Shown: positions 1 through 9,351 of the stretch, piece by piece
Layout of the letters: every line of letters starts with the position of its first letter
Position numbering within the stretch: position 1 is the stretch's first letter
NCBI GenBank assembly: GCA_963977015.1
Contig: CAXBMO010000031.1
Span: 1 to 64,000, forward strand
Length of the DNA: 64,000 bases
Direction of reading: 5' to 3'
DNA from: an uncultured bacterium
GTDB lineage: Bacteria > Verrucomicrobiota > Verrucomicrobiia > Verrucomicrobiales > DEV007
Made by a program: the position numbers and the translations under genes
Notes under the pieces: model-generated
Seen by the model: the letters and a program-made list of their open reading frames with translations, nothing else
What the model was told of the DNA's origin: nothing
The model's database searches: none

Positions 1-23
1 ACAGGATTCAGGCGTGACTTCGA

Positions 24-323
24 TCCCCGGATTGAAATCCGGGGCTGTTAGCCAGGATGCCTTCAGCATCCTTATGCGATTCGATTGGCGTGAACGAGAC
101 ATGGGGTGAAGCATCGGAGGTTTGGGGACGCAGTTTTGGCGTTTCTTAAATCGCGAAGGGGGCGATTCAGAGGTGGGTTTTCGCCCCGTTCGTGAGGATT
201 TCTCTCAATCGCATTTCCTTTTCTGGTTCTTAAAACACGATGCTGAAAGCATCATGGAAAACAGCCCCGGATTTCAATCCGGGGAATCTCGGTCTCCCCA
301 CGTTTGCGTCCTGAATGGACGCC
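24..323. repeat. Inverted pair of REP-like palindromes (REPIN-like) next to a HUH transposase
   Basis: 24-49 (TCCCCGGATTGAAATCCGGGGCTGTT) is the exact reverse complement of 260-285. Companion hairpins are GATGCCTTCAGCATC (56-70), GATGCTGAAAGCATC (239-253) and GCGTCCTGAATGGACGC (~306-322). Confidence 0.85.
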
Positions 324-336
324 CGAAATCATTCGA

Positions 337-789
337 TCAGTCCCAGACATACCGTTCGTCATAATCGACCTTATAGTTGTTGAGGAACTTTCGATATTCT
401 TCCTGAAACGTGAGCTTTTCGTGATGCTCAGCTTGCTTTTGAATGTAGGACTCAACCAGATTGGTGTCTTTGGGGCTGACGCTGAACCATCCGTATCCGG
501 CCTGCCATTGGAAACGCCCGCCAACCAGCCTCTGCTCGTTGATCCAAGTGGATGACCCACCTTTGAGTTCTTTGACGAAATTGGCGTCAGAGATGTTTTT
601 CGAAGATTTGATCAAGAGGTGAACGTGATCTGGCATCCCGTTGATGGCGATCAAAACGGCGCCATTGTCGATGACGATTCCAGCCATGTAGGAATGGATT
701 CGGGCGCTGACCTCTCCGTTGATCATTGGTTCCCGGTTCTTGGTTGAGAAAACCAAATGGGCGAAGTTGGAATGGAGGGATTGCGCCAT
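337..789 (-). CDS. tnpA: IS200/IS605-family (Y1, HUH) transposase, probably REP-associated
   Basis: HLVFSTKNR, HUH motif DHVHLL, FQWQAGYGWFSVS and catalytic YIQKQ; ATG at 789; no tnpB adjacent. Confidence 0.9.
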   Translation of the reverse strand: MAQSLHSNFAHLVFSTKNREPMINGEVSARIHSYMAGIVIDNGAVLIAINGMPDHVHLLIKSSKNISDANFVKELKGGSSTWINEQRLVGGRFQWQAGYGWFSVSPKDTNLVESYIQKQAEHHEKLTFQEEYRKFLNNYKVDYDERYVWD

Positions 790-845
790 GGATATTGGTT
801 GCTGCAAGGTCGCCAGCAATCTCACAAATTCTCTTTCGCTCGCAA

Positions 846-923
846 CCTATCAGGCCGCATTTACTCGTGCGAAGCTTCCCAGGCGTGATCGCCTGGGCTT
901 TGTACGTTGGGACTTTCAGCCCC
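846..923. repeat. REP-like element upstream of the transposase
   Basis: Palindrome CCCAGGCG-TGAT-CGCCTGGG (878-897) followed by a GGGACTTTCAGCCC hairpin (909-922); same architecture as 24-70. Confidence 0.7.
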
Positions 924-997
924 ATTTTGCCGACCACTTTCATTCCCCTCCCCCCAAAGCCCTTGCCTTGACGCCAAGTTGGGCATCGCGATAGTCG

Positions 998-1807
998 ATG
1001 GCGATGAAGCTTTCGCTCAACTCTTCGACGATTAAGACGACGCCGCTGTTGGAGAAGATCCGCATTGCGGGTGAGGCCGGTTACGAGGGAATCGAGCTGT
1101 GGGTGGTGGAGCTTTACGAGCACGTGGGCCGGGGCGGGGAAATCAGCGACATCGAGAAGGCGCTGGGCGATCACGGTTTAAAAGTGCCGTGCGTGATTGC
1201 GCTGCGTAACTGGGGCGAAACGCGCGGCCGGGAGTATGAGCTGGCGCTGGAGGAGGCGAGACGCCGGATGGAGCTGTCGGCGCGGCTCGGGGCGGAGTTC
1301 ATCGTTTGCACGCCGCCTCTCGAACAACCGGGATTCGACTCCCTGCACGAGGGGTATCGCGATTTGCTGCAAATCGGGCGGGAAGCGGGAACGAAGGCGC
1401 TGCTGGAATACATCAGCGTTTTTCCGAGCCTGAACAATCTGCCCGATGCGGTGACGGTGCTGGATTTGTGTGGCGATCCGGAAGGGGCGCTGGTGATTGA
1501 TGCGTTTCACAATTGGAACAGCCAGTCGTCGCTGGAGGATTTGCGAGCCTTGCCGCTGGAGCGTTTGGCGCACTACCACATTGATGACGCGCATCCGGAG
1601 AAGCCGTTTTTGACGCAGTTGGATTCGGATCGGGTCATGATTGGCGACGGACAGATCGATTTGGGAGCCGAGATCGCGATTTTGAAGGAAAAAGGCTATG
1701 AGGGCTGGGTGAGCCTGGAACTGTTCAACGCAGAATTGTGGGAGCGGGATCCGCTGGAAGTGGCGAAGTTAGGCATGCAGCGTTTGCACGAGCTGTTGGA
1801 TGCGTGA
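998..1807 (+). CDS. Sugar phosphate isomerase/epimerase (xylose isomerase-like TIM barrel)
   Basis: GYEGIELW, LLEY, IDAFH, HYHIDD, GDGQID and GYEGWVSLELF metal-site motifs. Confidence 0.88.
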   Translation: MAMKLSLNSSTIKTTPLLEKIRIAGEAGYEGIELWVVELYEHVGRGGEISDIEKALGDHGLKVPCVIALRNWGETRGREYELALEEARRRMELSARLGAEFIVCTPPLEQPGFDSLHEGYRDLLQIGREAGTKALLEYISVFPSLNNLPDAVTVLDLCGDPEGALVIDAFHNWNSQSSLEDLRALPLERLAHYHIDDAHPEKPFLTQLDSDRVMIGDGQIDLGAEIAILKEKGYEGWVSLELFNAELWERDPLEVAKLGMQRLHELLDA

Positions 1808-1822
1808 AGACTGGGCCTCACG

Positions 1823-2983
1823 ATGAAAACCCTGATCCTTTGTTTCCTGGCGGCATTCGCGAGCGCCGCACTGGCAGTTCCACCTGAGTTTGAGTGGACC
1901 GAGGTCGAAATTGACACGATCGAGATCGGCTATGGCCTGCGACTGACGGATGTCGACGGCGACGGCAAAACGGACATTGTCCTGGCCGACAAATCGACGG
2001 TCCAGTGGTATCGGAATCCCAGCTGGGAAAAGCACGTCATCGCCAAGGATCTGACCGAGCGCGACAACGTCTGCGTGACGGCGCGAGACCTTGATGGCGA
2101 CGGAAAGTGCGAGATCGCGGTGGGCGGCCAGTGGAACTTCAAGGAAACGCTCAAGGATGGCGCGGTGTTTTATCTGGATGCGCCGGAAGATCGCACCCAG
2201 CCGTGGAAGCCGATCAAACTTTACAACGAGCCGAATACGCACCGCATGCATTGGGTGCTCGGGCCCAAGGGCGATTACGCGCTCGTGGTGAAGCCGCTGC
2301 GCGGTCGCGGCAGCATTGAGGGCGTGGGGCCGGGATTGAAGCTGCTCGAATACGTTAAACCGGCGGATCCGGAAACGGAGTGGAAGACGGCGTTGATCAG
2401 CGATTTTCTTCATCTCTCCCACAATTTTCATCCGGTAAACTGGGACGAAGATCCTGAAGAGGAGCTGATCGTGGCCGCGAAGGAAGGGGTTTGGCATTTT
2501 GATCGCGTGGAAGGTGAGTGGGCCGCCACGCAACTGAGCGAGGACTTCGCCGGCGAGATTCGCGATGGGAAGTTGCCCAGTGGACGGCGATTTTACGCAA
2601 CGGTCGAGCCGATGCACGGCACGCGTTCCGCGGTTTACGGGGAACCGGAGGAGGCGGGAGCACTTTGGCCCCAGCTCGCGATTCTGGAAAACGCCTTGAT
2701 CGATGGTCACGCGGTGGCGTGCGCCGATTTTCTTGGCGTTGGTTCGGACCAAATCGTGGTGGGGTGGCGCGCGATGCACCCCAAGGACAATACCGATGGA
2801 CCGGGAATCAAGTTGTTCAGCCCGATGGATGAGCACGGCGAGATTTGGCGCGAAACACAGATTTCCGGAAAAGAAGTCGCCGTGGAAGACATCAAGGCCG
2901 CCGATCTGAATGGCGATGGAAAGGCCGACATTGTGGCGGCGGCTCGCCAAACCAAAAACCTGAAGCTCTTCCTCAGTCGTTAG
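1823..2983 (+). CDS. Secreted FG-GAP/VCBS-repeat beta-propeller protein (aldos-2-ulose dehydratase N-domain-like)
   Basis: Signal peptide; repeated DxDGDGKxD motifs; HRMHW and HGT/HAV histidines. Confidence 0.8.
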   Translation: MKTLILCFLAAFASAALAVPPEFEWTEVEIDTIEIGYGLRLTDVDGDGKTDIVLADKSTVQWYRNPSWEKHVIAKDLTERDNVCVTARDLDGDGKCEIAVGGQWNFKETLKDGAVFYLDAPEDRTQPWKPIKLYNEPNTHRMHWVLGPKGDYALVVKPLRGRGSIEGVGPGLKLLEYVKPADPETEWKTALISDFLHLSHNFHPVNWDEDPEEELIVAAKEGVWHFDRVEGEWAATQLSEDFAGEIRDGKLPSGRRFYATVEPMHGTRSAVYGEPEEAGALWPQLAILENALIDGHAVACADFLGVGSDQIVVGWRAMHPKDNTDGPGIKLFSPMDEHGEIWRETQISGKEVAVEDIKAADLNGDGKADIVAAARQTKNLKLFLSR

Positions 2984-3018
2984 CCTGGACTCTTGCATCT
3001 TCACCACCTCCCAACATT

Positions 3019-4866
3019 CTGAGCACGAACACTGACAACATCATCATCGGGATCGATCTCGGCACGACCAACTCACTGGTTGGCGTGGTCGATTCCGGCT
3101 TCCCCATTCTCCTCGCCGACGATCAAGGCAAACGCATTCTTCCGTCGGCGGTTCACTTTGGAAAGGATGCAGAAGTGATCGTTGGCGAAGCGGCGTTGCG
3201 GATGCAGGCGATGGCGCCGGATCGAACCGTCACTTCCGTGAAGCGGTTCATGGGTCGGCGGCTGGATGAAGTCAGCGCTGATGAGGTTCGGTATCCGCTG
3301 GGGTCCGGAGCGGATGGAATGGTGACGCTCACGATTGGAGATGAGGTCTTCTCCGCTCCCGAAGTGTCGGCCAGAATCCTCGCTCAGCTCAAGAAAACGG
3401 CAGAAACCGCCCTTGAAGCCACCGTATCCCGCGCCGTCATCACGGTTCCGGCTTACTTCAATGATGCGCAACGCAACGCGACCAAGCAGGCTGGCGAAAT
3501 CGCCGGACTCACGGTCGAGCGAATCGTTAACGAACCGACCGCAGCCGCCCTCGCCTACGGACTCGACAAGTTGGACGAGCAATCGCGCGTTGCGGTCTAT
3601 GACCTGGGTGGCGGGACGTTCGACATCTCCATTCTCGAATTGAACCAGGGCGTGTTTCAGGTCATTTCCACGACTGGAGACACGCGACTTGGTGGTGACG
3701 ATATCGACGAGGCGATTGCGAATTGGATTTGGGAAGGTTTGAAGGATAAGGGCGGAAGGAGAAAGGAGGAGGCCGATTCTTCGGTTCGAATCCGGGTTCT
3801 TGAAGCCGCTCGGAAGGCCAAGGAGGATTTGAGCTCGAAGGACGAGGTCGAGATTCAGCTTCCGTTTCTCGAAGGCGCGGAAAGCTTTGCCCAAACTCTG
3901 ACGCGCCCCCAGTTCGAGAAGCTGGTTGCTCCCATTCTCGCGCGGACGCGTCCCCACTGCCTCAAGGCGCTCGCCGATGCCGGAATCGCGAATCCCGCCG
4001 ACGCCCTGGACCAGGTGATTCTCGTGGGTGGCTCGACGCGCATTCCCGCCGTCCACCAACTCGTGGCCGAGGTTTTTGGGCAGGCTCCCAACGTTTCCCA
4101 GAACCCGGACGAGGCCGTCGCGCTTGGCGCCACCATTCAGGCCGGGATCCTCAGCGGAGCTTTGCAGAACATGGTCTTGCTCGACGTCACGCCGCTTTCG
4201 CTCGGCATCGAAACGTTCGGCGGGCTCATGAACGTGATTATCCCGCGCAACACCACCATTCCCGCCAAAGCCGGCGAACTCTTTACCAACGCAGTCGCGA
4301 ATCAGCAGTCCATGCTCATTCGCGTGTTGCAGGGCGAGCGTGAGATGGCGAAGGACAACTGGGAACTCGGCAAGTTCCAGATCGAATTTGAACCGGGAGC
4401 CAAGGGCAGTGCCCGGGTTGGCGTCCAATTCGCGATCGACGAAAACGGCATTCTCAAGATCCTCGCCCGCGACACGCAAACCAACACCGACAAGGTCCTC
4501 GAAATCCAGAGCGCCGCCGTCGATGTCGATGACGAGGAGGTTGAGAAAATGATCAGCGAGTCCGTCGATTTTGCGTTCGACGACATGAATGAACGGATCT
4601 GGACGGAAGCCAAGATGAAGAGCGAGGAACTTCTCCCCGCCGTCGACATGGCGCTCGCGAAAATCGGCGATCAACTCACCGACTCCGAGAAAACGGAGGT
4701 CATCAGCGCTGCCGCAGAGGTGAAATCGGCTCTCGAAACCGAACCTCACGATGTCAACCGGCTCAAGGCGGCAAATCAGCAACTCGACAACGCAACCGAG
4801 CACCTTGCCGCGCTGCTCGTGGAAGCCGCGATGGCGAAGGCGCTCGAAAGTCAGCTGGAAGGCTGA
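3019..4866 (+). CDS. Hsp70-family chaperone (HscA/DnaK-like paralogue); start codon uncertain
   Basis: GIDLGTTNS, TVPAYFND, NEPTAAA, DLGGGTFD, VGGSTRIP and LLDVTPLSLGIET. No in-frame ATG/GTG/TTG between the upstream stop and the motif, so CTG at 3019 is used provisionally. Confidence 0.9.
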   Translation: MSTNTDNIIIGIDLGTTNSLVGVVDSGFPILLADDQGKRILPSAVHFGKDAEVIVGEAALRMQAMAPDRTVTSVKRFMGRRLDEVSADEVRYPLGSGADGMVTLTIGDEVFSAPEVSARILAQLKKTAETALEATVSRAVITVPAYFNDAQRNATKQAGEIAGLTVERIVNEPTAAALAYGLDKLDEQSRVAVYDLGGGTFDISILELNQGVFQVISTTGDTRLGGDDIDEAIANWIWEGLKDKGGRRKEEADSSVRIRVLEAARKAKEDLSSKDEVEIQLPFLEGAESFAQTLTRPQFEKLVAPILARTRPHCLKALADAGIANPADALDQVILVGGSTRIPAVHQLVAEVFGQAPNVSQNPDEAVALGATIQAGILSGALQNMVLLDVTPLSLGIETFGGLMNVIIPRNTTIPAKAGELFTNAVANQQSMLIRVLQGEREMAKDNWELGKFQIEFEPGAKGSARVGVQFAIDENGILKILARDTQTNTDKVLEIQSAAVDVDDEEVEKMISESVDFAFDDMNERIWTEAKMKSEELLPAVDMALAKIGDQLTDSEKTEVISAAAEVKSALETEPHDVNRLKAANQQLDNATEHLAALLVEAAMAKALESQLEG

Positions 4867-4881
4867 GGAGGCGTTTCCGGC

Positions 4882-5538
4882 TTACAACGCGGCCGGTTTC
4901 CCGACGACGTTGAAGCGAATGACAACCTCTTCACGGATGAGGTCATCGGTCTTGCCGGGGTATTCGACTCCGAAGTCCATCCGATTGATGGCGAAGTCGG
5001 CTTTGACGGTCACGGATTTACCGTCGTCTGCAACCTCGACCGTGGCGGGAAAGACAATCGCCTTCTGCACCCCGTGAAAGTCGAGAAGGCCGGAGAGGTT
5101 GTAACCCGCCTCCGTCTTGACGGCTTTGTTGAGAACGAACTTTGAGGTTGGAAACTTCTCAACGTCGAAAAAATCCGGGCTTTTCAGGTGTCCGGTCAGC
5201 TTCTCGTTGTCTGTCCAGGTTGAGGTCATGTCGATTTCAACGACGTGCTCGGCATCTTCGACGAGTTTCTTGTTCTCCACATCGACAACAAAGCTGCCGG
5301 TAAATTTCTCAAAGCCGCCATCGTGCTTGCCGGTCACTTTGGAACCTACAAATTCAAGTTTGGACTCCGGAGTGAGAGTGTAGACCGTGCCTTCGGCCGC
5401 GGCAGAAGCCTCTTCCGAGCTGGAGGGAACGGGATCAGAAACTTCGGCTTTGGCGACATCGTCGGCAGGATTGGGCGAACAGCTGACGAGGGCGAAGCCG
5501 ACAAAGCTGGAAAGGGTGATGCTGAAAAGGGTTTTCAT
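4882..5538 (-). CDS. YceI-family lipoprotein
   Basis: Lipobox LVSC; HxGGF, HLKSPDFFDVEKFP and INRMDFG motifs. Confidence 0.88.
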   Translation of the reverse strand: MKTLFSITLSSFVGFALVSCSPNPADDVAKAEVSDPVPSSSEEASAAAEGTVYTLTPESKLEFVGSKVTGKHDGGFEKFTGSFVVDVENKKLVEDAEHVVEIDMTSTWTDNEKLTGHLKSPDFFDVEKFPTSKFVLNKAVKTEAGYNLSGLLDFHGVQKAIVFPATVEVADDGKSVTVKADFAINRMDFGVEYPGKTDDLIREEVVIRFNVVGKPAAL

Positions 5539-5873
5539 GGGTGGTTGGGACATTTGCAAGACAATCCGTCGTCGCAGACTTCCTGAAACCTACAATTCTA
5601 TTTTCTTTTCTCTCCGCCCATCTCGAGAACGCAGCGAAAGCCGACGTCTTTAACCCGGGTATCCGGCGTGTGTTTCCCACGATAGGACGATTGTAAATCG
5701 CTGGAACCTCCTCGGTTTCATCAAGAAGGAAGTGCCAGGCTTGTCGCCGACCTAGGAATGAGAACTCTTTCGTCAAGAATAGATGCAGCTCGTTTCGCGT
5801 CGCTATTTATCGACATCACAGAGTTTTCCTGTAGGAGTTGCACCGCTAGTGTATTTTGCTCACATAGAACCCG

Positions 5874-6494
5874 ATGTCTGATCCCAAAATTCTTGCCGAT
5901 TCCATCCATCTGCGCCTGGCCGCAGCCAATGGGATGGTGCGCCGTCGTCGAAGCATCAAGCCCGCTGAAATGAGCGATGAACCCGTGGATACTGCGATCC
6001 TGGGCAATATCCTCGAGAACGCGAATTGGGCCCCAACTCACGGAATGACCGAGCCTTGGCGATTCAAAGTCTACGAGGGCGAAGGCCGGGAGAAGCTGGT
6101 CGCCGGGCTCCAGGAGATTTACACGAAAACGACGCCGAAAGAGGAGTTTCGGCAGGACAAACACGACGGGTTTCGCGAAAAGGTCATGGGTGCGCCGGTA
6201 GTGCTCTGCATTTGCATGAAACGCCAGGAAATCGAGAAAATCCCTGAGGTTGAAGAGATTGCAGCGGTTGCCTGCGCCGTGCAAAACATCCATTTAACAG
6301 CATCCGCGATTGGCATGGCGGGTTATTGGTCTTCCCCGGCTCTCGTTTACACCGAGGAAATGCGGAAATTTCTGGGCTTGGGAGACAAGGATCGCTGTCT
6401 GGGGCTATTCTACCTTGGCTGGCCAGCCGACAAGGAAACCTGGCCGGTCGGAAAACGCGGACCGATTCAAGCCAAACTTGAGTGGTTCGAATAG
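5874..6494 (+). CDS. Nitroreductase family protein (YdjA-like)
   Basis: RRSIK, WAPTHGMTEPWRF, AVQNIHL, YWSS. Confidence 0.88.
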   Translation: MSDPKILADSIHLRLAAANGMVRRRRSIKPAEMSDEPVDTAILGNILENANWAPTHGMTEPWRFKVYEGEGREKLVAGLQEIYTKTTPKEEFRQDKHDGFREKVMGAPVVLCICMKRQEIEKIPEVEEIAAVACAVQNIHLTASAIGMAGYWSSPALVYTEEMRKFLGLGDKDRCLGLFYLGWPADKETWPVGKRGPIQAKLEWFE

Positions 6495-6498
6495 AATC

Positions 6499-7077
6499 AT
6501 GGACCCGCTTTTCGCGCTATCAGTCCCCAACTGGCTCCAGGCCTCCGGCAATGTGCTGGCCAATACGGTCTGTTGGATCGTCATTGCGATTGGCTTCATT
6601 TTCACCTTTCTGCCGGTCATTCCAGGCCAGGTCATCATTTTGGGCGGTGCGTTGCTCCATTTTTTCTGGTTGGGGCCGGAAAAAGGGATGAGCTGGACGG
6701 GACTCACCATTATCACCATCATCATGCTCCTTTCCTTCCTGCTCGATTACATGGCGGGAGCGGCTGGAGCCAAGAAGTTCGGCGCCACGAAGTGGGGCGT
6801 TTGGGGGGCGCTTTTGGGAGGCGTGATCGGGATTTTTCTCGGGCCGTTTGGCCTGCTTTTGGGCCCCTTGTTTGGCGCGATTGCCTTTGAATTGCTCGGG
6901 GCAACGGTCGGCGCGATGCAGGGGAAAATGAAGTTCACCAAGCATCACCTGACTTCAGCGACGAAGTCGGGCTATGGAACCCTTCTCGGCACCCTGGCCG
7001 GCGTGCTCTTGAAAGGCGTCGCCGCCGTCATGATGGTCGGGGTCATCTTTCTCGACATTTTGAACAAGTGGTGGTGA
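6499..7077 (+). CDS. DUF456-family membrane protein
   Basis: LPVIPG, GAKKFGATKWGVWGALLGG and GPLFGA pattern; multiple transmembrane segments; ATG at 6499. Confidence 0.8.
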   Translation: MDPLFALSVPNWLQASGNVLANTVCWIVIAIGFIFTFLPVIPGQVIILGGALLHFFWLGPEKGMSWTGLTIITIIMLLSFLLDYMAGAAGAKKFGATKWGVWGALLGGVIGIFLGPFGLLLGPLFGAIAFELLGATVGAMQGKMKFTKHHLTSATKSGYGTLLGTLAGVLLKGVAAVMMVGVIFLDILNKWW

Positions 7078-7130
7078 GTCCGCGCAAAATAGTGGTTGGT
7101 GAGACCGGTTCCCACTGCTAGGCATGTCTC

Positions 7131-8171
7131 ATGGAAATCGTCTCCATTCGAGAGCTGCGACGCCGGGTAACCGAAGCTGCCCAGCGCTTTGAAATTCACG
7201 CACAGGTCAGCTCGCTCGTTTCGAAACTATCGCGCGGGGGAAAACCCTTCTATGAGCTGAACCTGGCCGACGCGGAAGACTCGCTCAAGGTTCGCCTTTG
7301 GGATGATTCCGAGCTTTTCAAGCAGGCAACCGGTCTCTCGACCGGAGCGTTCGTGAGCTTTGGTGGCGAATGGGTTCGGAATGATCCGTTTGGGATCGAA
7401 CCTCGTGGCGGATCGCTGAGCCCGCTCCCGGAAGAACAGAAAGCCGCACTTCTGGAAGGCTCGACCGAGTTGCGAACCAAACAGGCGACCGACTATGCGG
7501 AAATCGAGCAAATGGTCGCCGCGATTCAGGATCCCAGGCTGCGGGGACTTTGCCAGAGTTACCTGGATCAGTTCGGGGATCGCTTTCGCCGAACCGCCGC
7601 CGCCCGCAACTATCATCACGCACGGCGCGGAGGCTTGGTCGAGCACATGGCGCAGATGATGCGCTCCGCCAAGGCCGTTTGCTCCGTCTACACCGAGTTG
7701 AACGAGGATCTGATTCTCGCCGGGGTTCTCTTTCACGACTGCGGAAAACTCTGGGAAAACGCCTATGCGGAAAACGACTTCACCATGCCCTACACCGAGA
7801 TCGGCGAGTTGCTCAGCCACATCCCGATGGGGATGGAAGTAGTGAACAAGCTTTGGCGCGACCTCTTGGAAACGCCGGAAGCCGAATCCTGGACGTCGCT
7901 CCAACCGCCGAGCGATCAGGTGCGACTCCATCTTCTCCATCTCATCGGTTCCCATCATGGCGAGCATGCCTTTGGCGCGCCGGTCTTGCCGAAGACGCCG
8001 GAAGCCGCCGCCCTCCACTACATCGATAACCTGGATGCGAAGCTGGAGATGTTTGCCGAGGGTTACCAGAAAGCTGCGCCCATCACCCGCAACATCTTCG
8101 AACGCGTTCGGCCGCTCCCAGGAAACCTGGTGCGGCCGTTGGCGAAGTTTGATGATGACGCGGACGCCTGA
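7131..8171 (+). CDS. OB-fold + HD-domain 3'-5' exoribonuclease (YhaM/Cbf1-like)
   Basis: AARNYHHA..GGLVEH, HDCGK, SHHG and PKTPEAAALHYIDNLDAK. Confidence 0.88.
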   Translation: MEIVSIRELRRRVTEAAQRFEIHAQVSSLVSKLSRGGKPFYELNLADAEDSLKVRLWDDSELFKQATGLSTGAFVSFGGEWVRNDPFGIEPRGGSLSPLPEEQKAALLEGSTELRTKQATDYAEIEQMVAAIQDPRLRGLCQSYLDQFGDRFRRTAAARNYHHARRGGLVEHMAQMMRSAKAVCSVYTELNEDLILAGVLFHDCGKLWENAYAENDFTMPYTEIGELLSHIPMGMEVVNKLWRDLLETPEAESWTSLQPPSDQVRLHLLHLIGSHHGEHAFGAPVLPKTPEAAALHYIDNLDAKLEMFAEGYQKAAPITRNIFERVRPLPGNLVRPLAKFDDDADA

Positions 8172-8217
8172 TCCCTGGAGCGTTTGATCAGCTCCAGGTT
8201 CACTTCAGCGGCTCTAG

Positions 8218-9279
8218 TTAGCGTGGCGGTTCACGACGATCTTTGCCACCAACGCGATGGTCGATCACTCCATCTCCGTCCCGGTCCTCACCGTAGGGAA
8301 CCGCGCCCTCAAAGTAGATGCCTTCCTGGCGCCCTTTCGCGACATGAGTGCTGTAGGTCTTCTTCTCCGTGCCGGACGCATACGCTTTCCGGGCATTGTC
8401 CAACGCGGCCAGAAGCTCCACGCTTCCCGTTCCAAGTGGCAACTTCTCAATCACCTCCCCTTCCAACCCAAATTCGCCGGGATGGATGAGAAAGAATCCG
8501 GAGTCGGGCGCTGACTTCTCGCCCAACGGCTCCTTCCACTTTCCGGTCGAATCCAAATCGATGTGGAAGCGACCAATGACCGAATCATCATTCGCAACCG
8601 GCTTGAGCGAGCCCCGCTGCTTCGCCAATTCCGCCTCCGTTCCCGCGACGAGCAACAAGACCCGCTGATCGGCCGATGCCACGTTGAGCGCCTGACGAAA
8701 GGTATGAAAATCCTGGACCACATCATCCCCGCTTTCGCCGCGAGGACGATAGGCTGCGGCGATCGAATCCATTTGCTTGACCACACTGCTCACATCGTGC
8801 CCCAACACCTGCTCGGGACCGCGTCCAGAGCGCGTCAGCCATTCCTGGCCGGTGGGATCGAGAATGCAGAATGCGCTGTTTTCGAAGCGACCGTTGAGAA
8901 AACGGCGCACCCATTCCTGGTGGGTCTCACTTTCGTAGGAATCGATGCGGACAGCGACAAACTTGCGGGTGGCGTTGATGAAATCTTTGTTCGAGAACAG
9001 ACCGTTCTGCGTTTTGGTGTAACCCGGTCAGAACACTCCCGAAATGCCGTTGCATTGCGTGGCCGCCGCGACAAACATGATCGGTTTGTTCGAGCGTTGT
9101 GCTTCCGCTTCGGCGGTTTCCCAGGTGGTGTACCAATCAATCCCGGCCTCACCAAGATCCAAGTCTGCTGACCCAAGGTCGGTAGGCCGCGGACCTCCTG
9201 GTCGAGGTCCCTGAGCATGAACGGAGGTCAGGCCAACGAGAGCGAGAACTCCAAGAGTAGTCGTTAAGCTTCGGTGCAT
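8218..9279 (-). CDS. Secreted thioredoxin-like protein, probable selenoprotein (TGA at 9030-9028 = residue 84, 353 aa in total)
   Basis: ORFs 9028-9297 and 8218-8910 share a frame and are joined by open sequence: ...WETAEAEAQRSNKPIMFVAAATQCNGISGVF*PGYTKTQNGLFSNKDFINATRKFVAVRIDSYE... Confidence 0.75.
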
Positions 9280-9351
9280 GGGCGATCCAACCACCAAACC
9301 GAAAATGAGTTTCGGACAAATTGCGACAAGCGCAAAAATTGTCGATTCGGA

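Noticed and set aside
3073-4803. 576-aa antisense ORF (also 1769-3007, 32444-33664, 43457-44701 and similar)
   Set aside because: Shadow frames opposite well-supported genes, as expected in high-GC DNA.
5560-5870. Riboswitch or ncRNA in the yceI-nitroreductase intergenic region
   Set aside because: No recognisable conserved motif or strong structure by eye; an Rfam scan would be needed.
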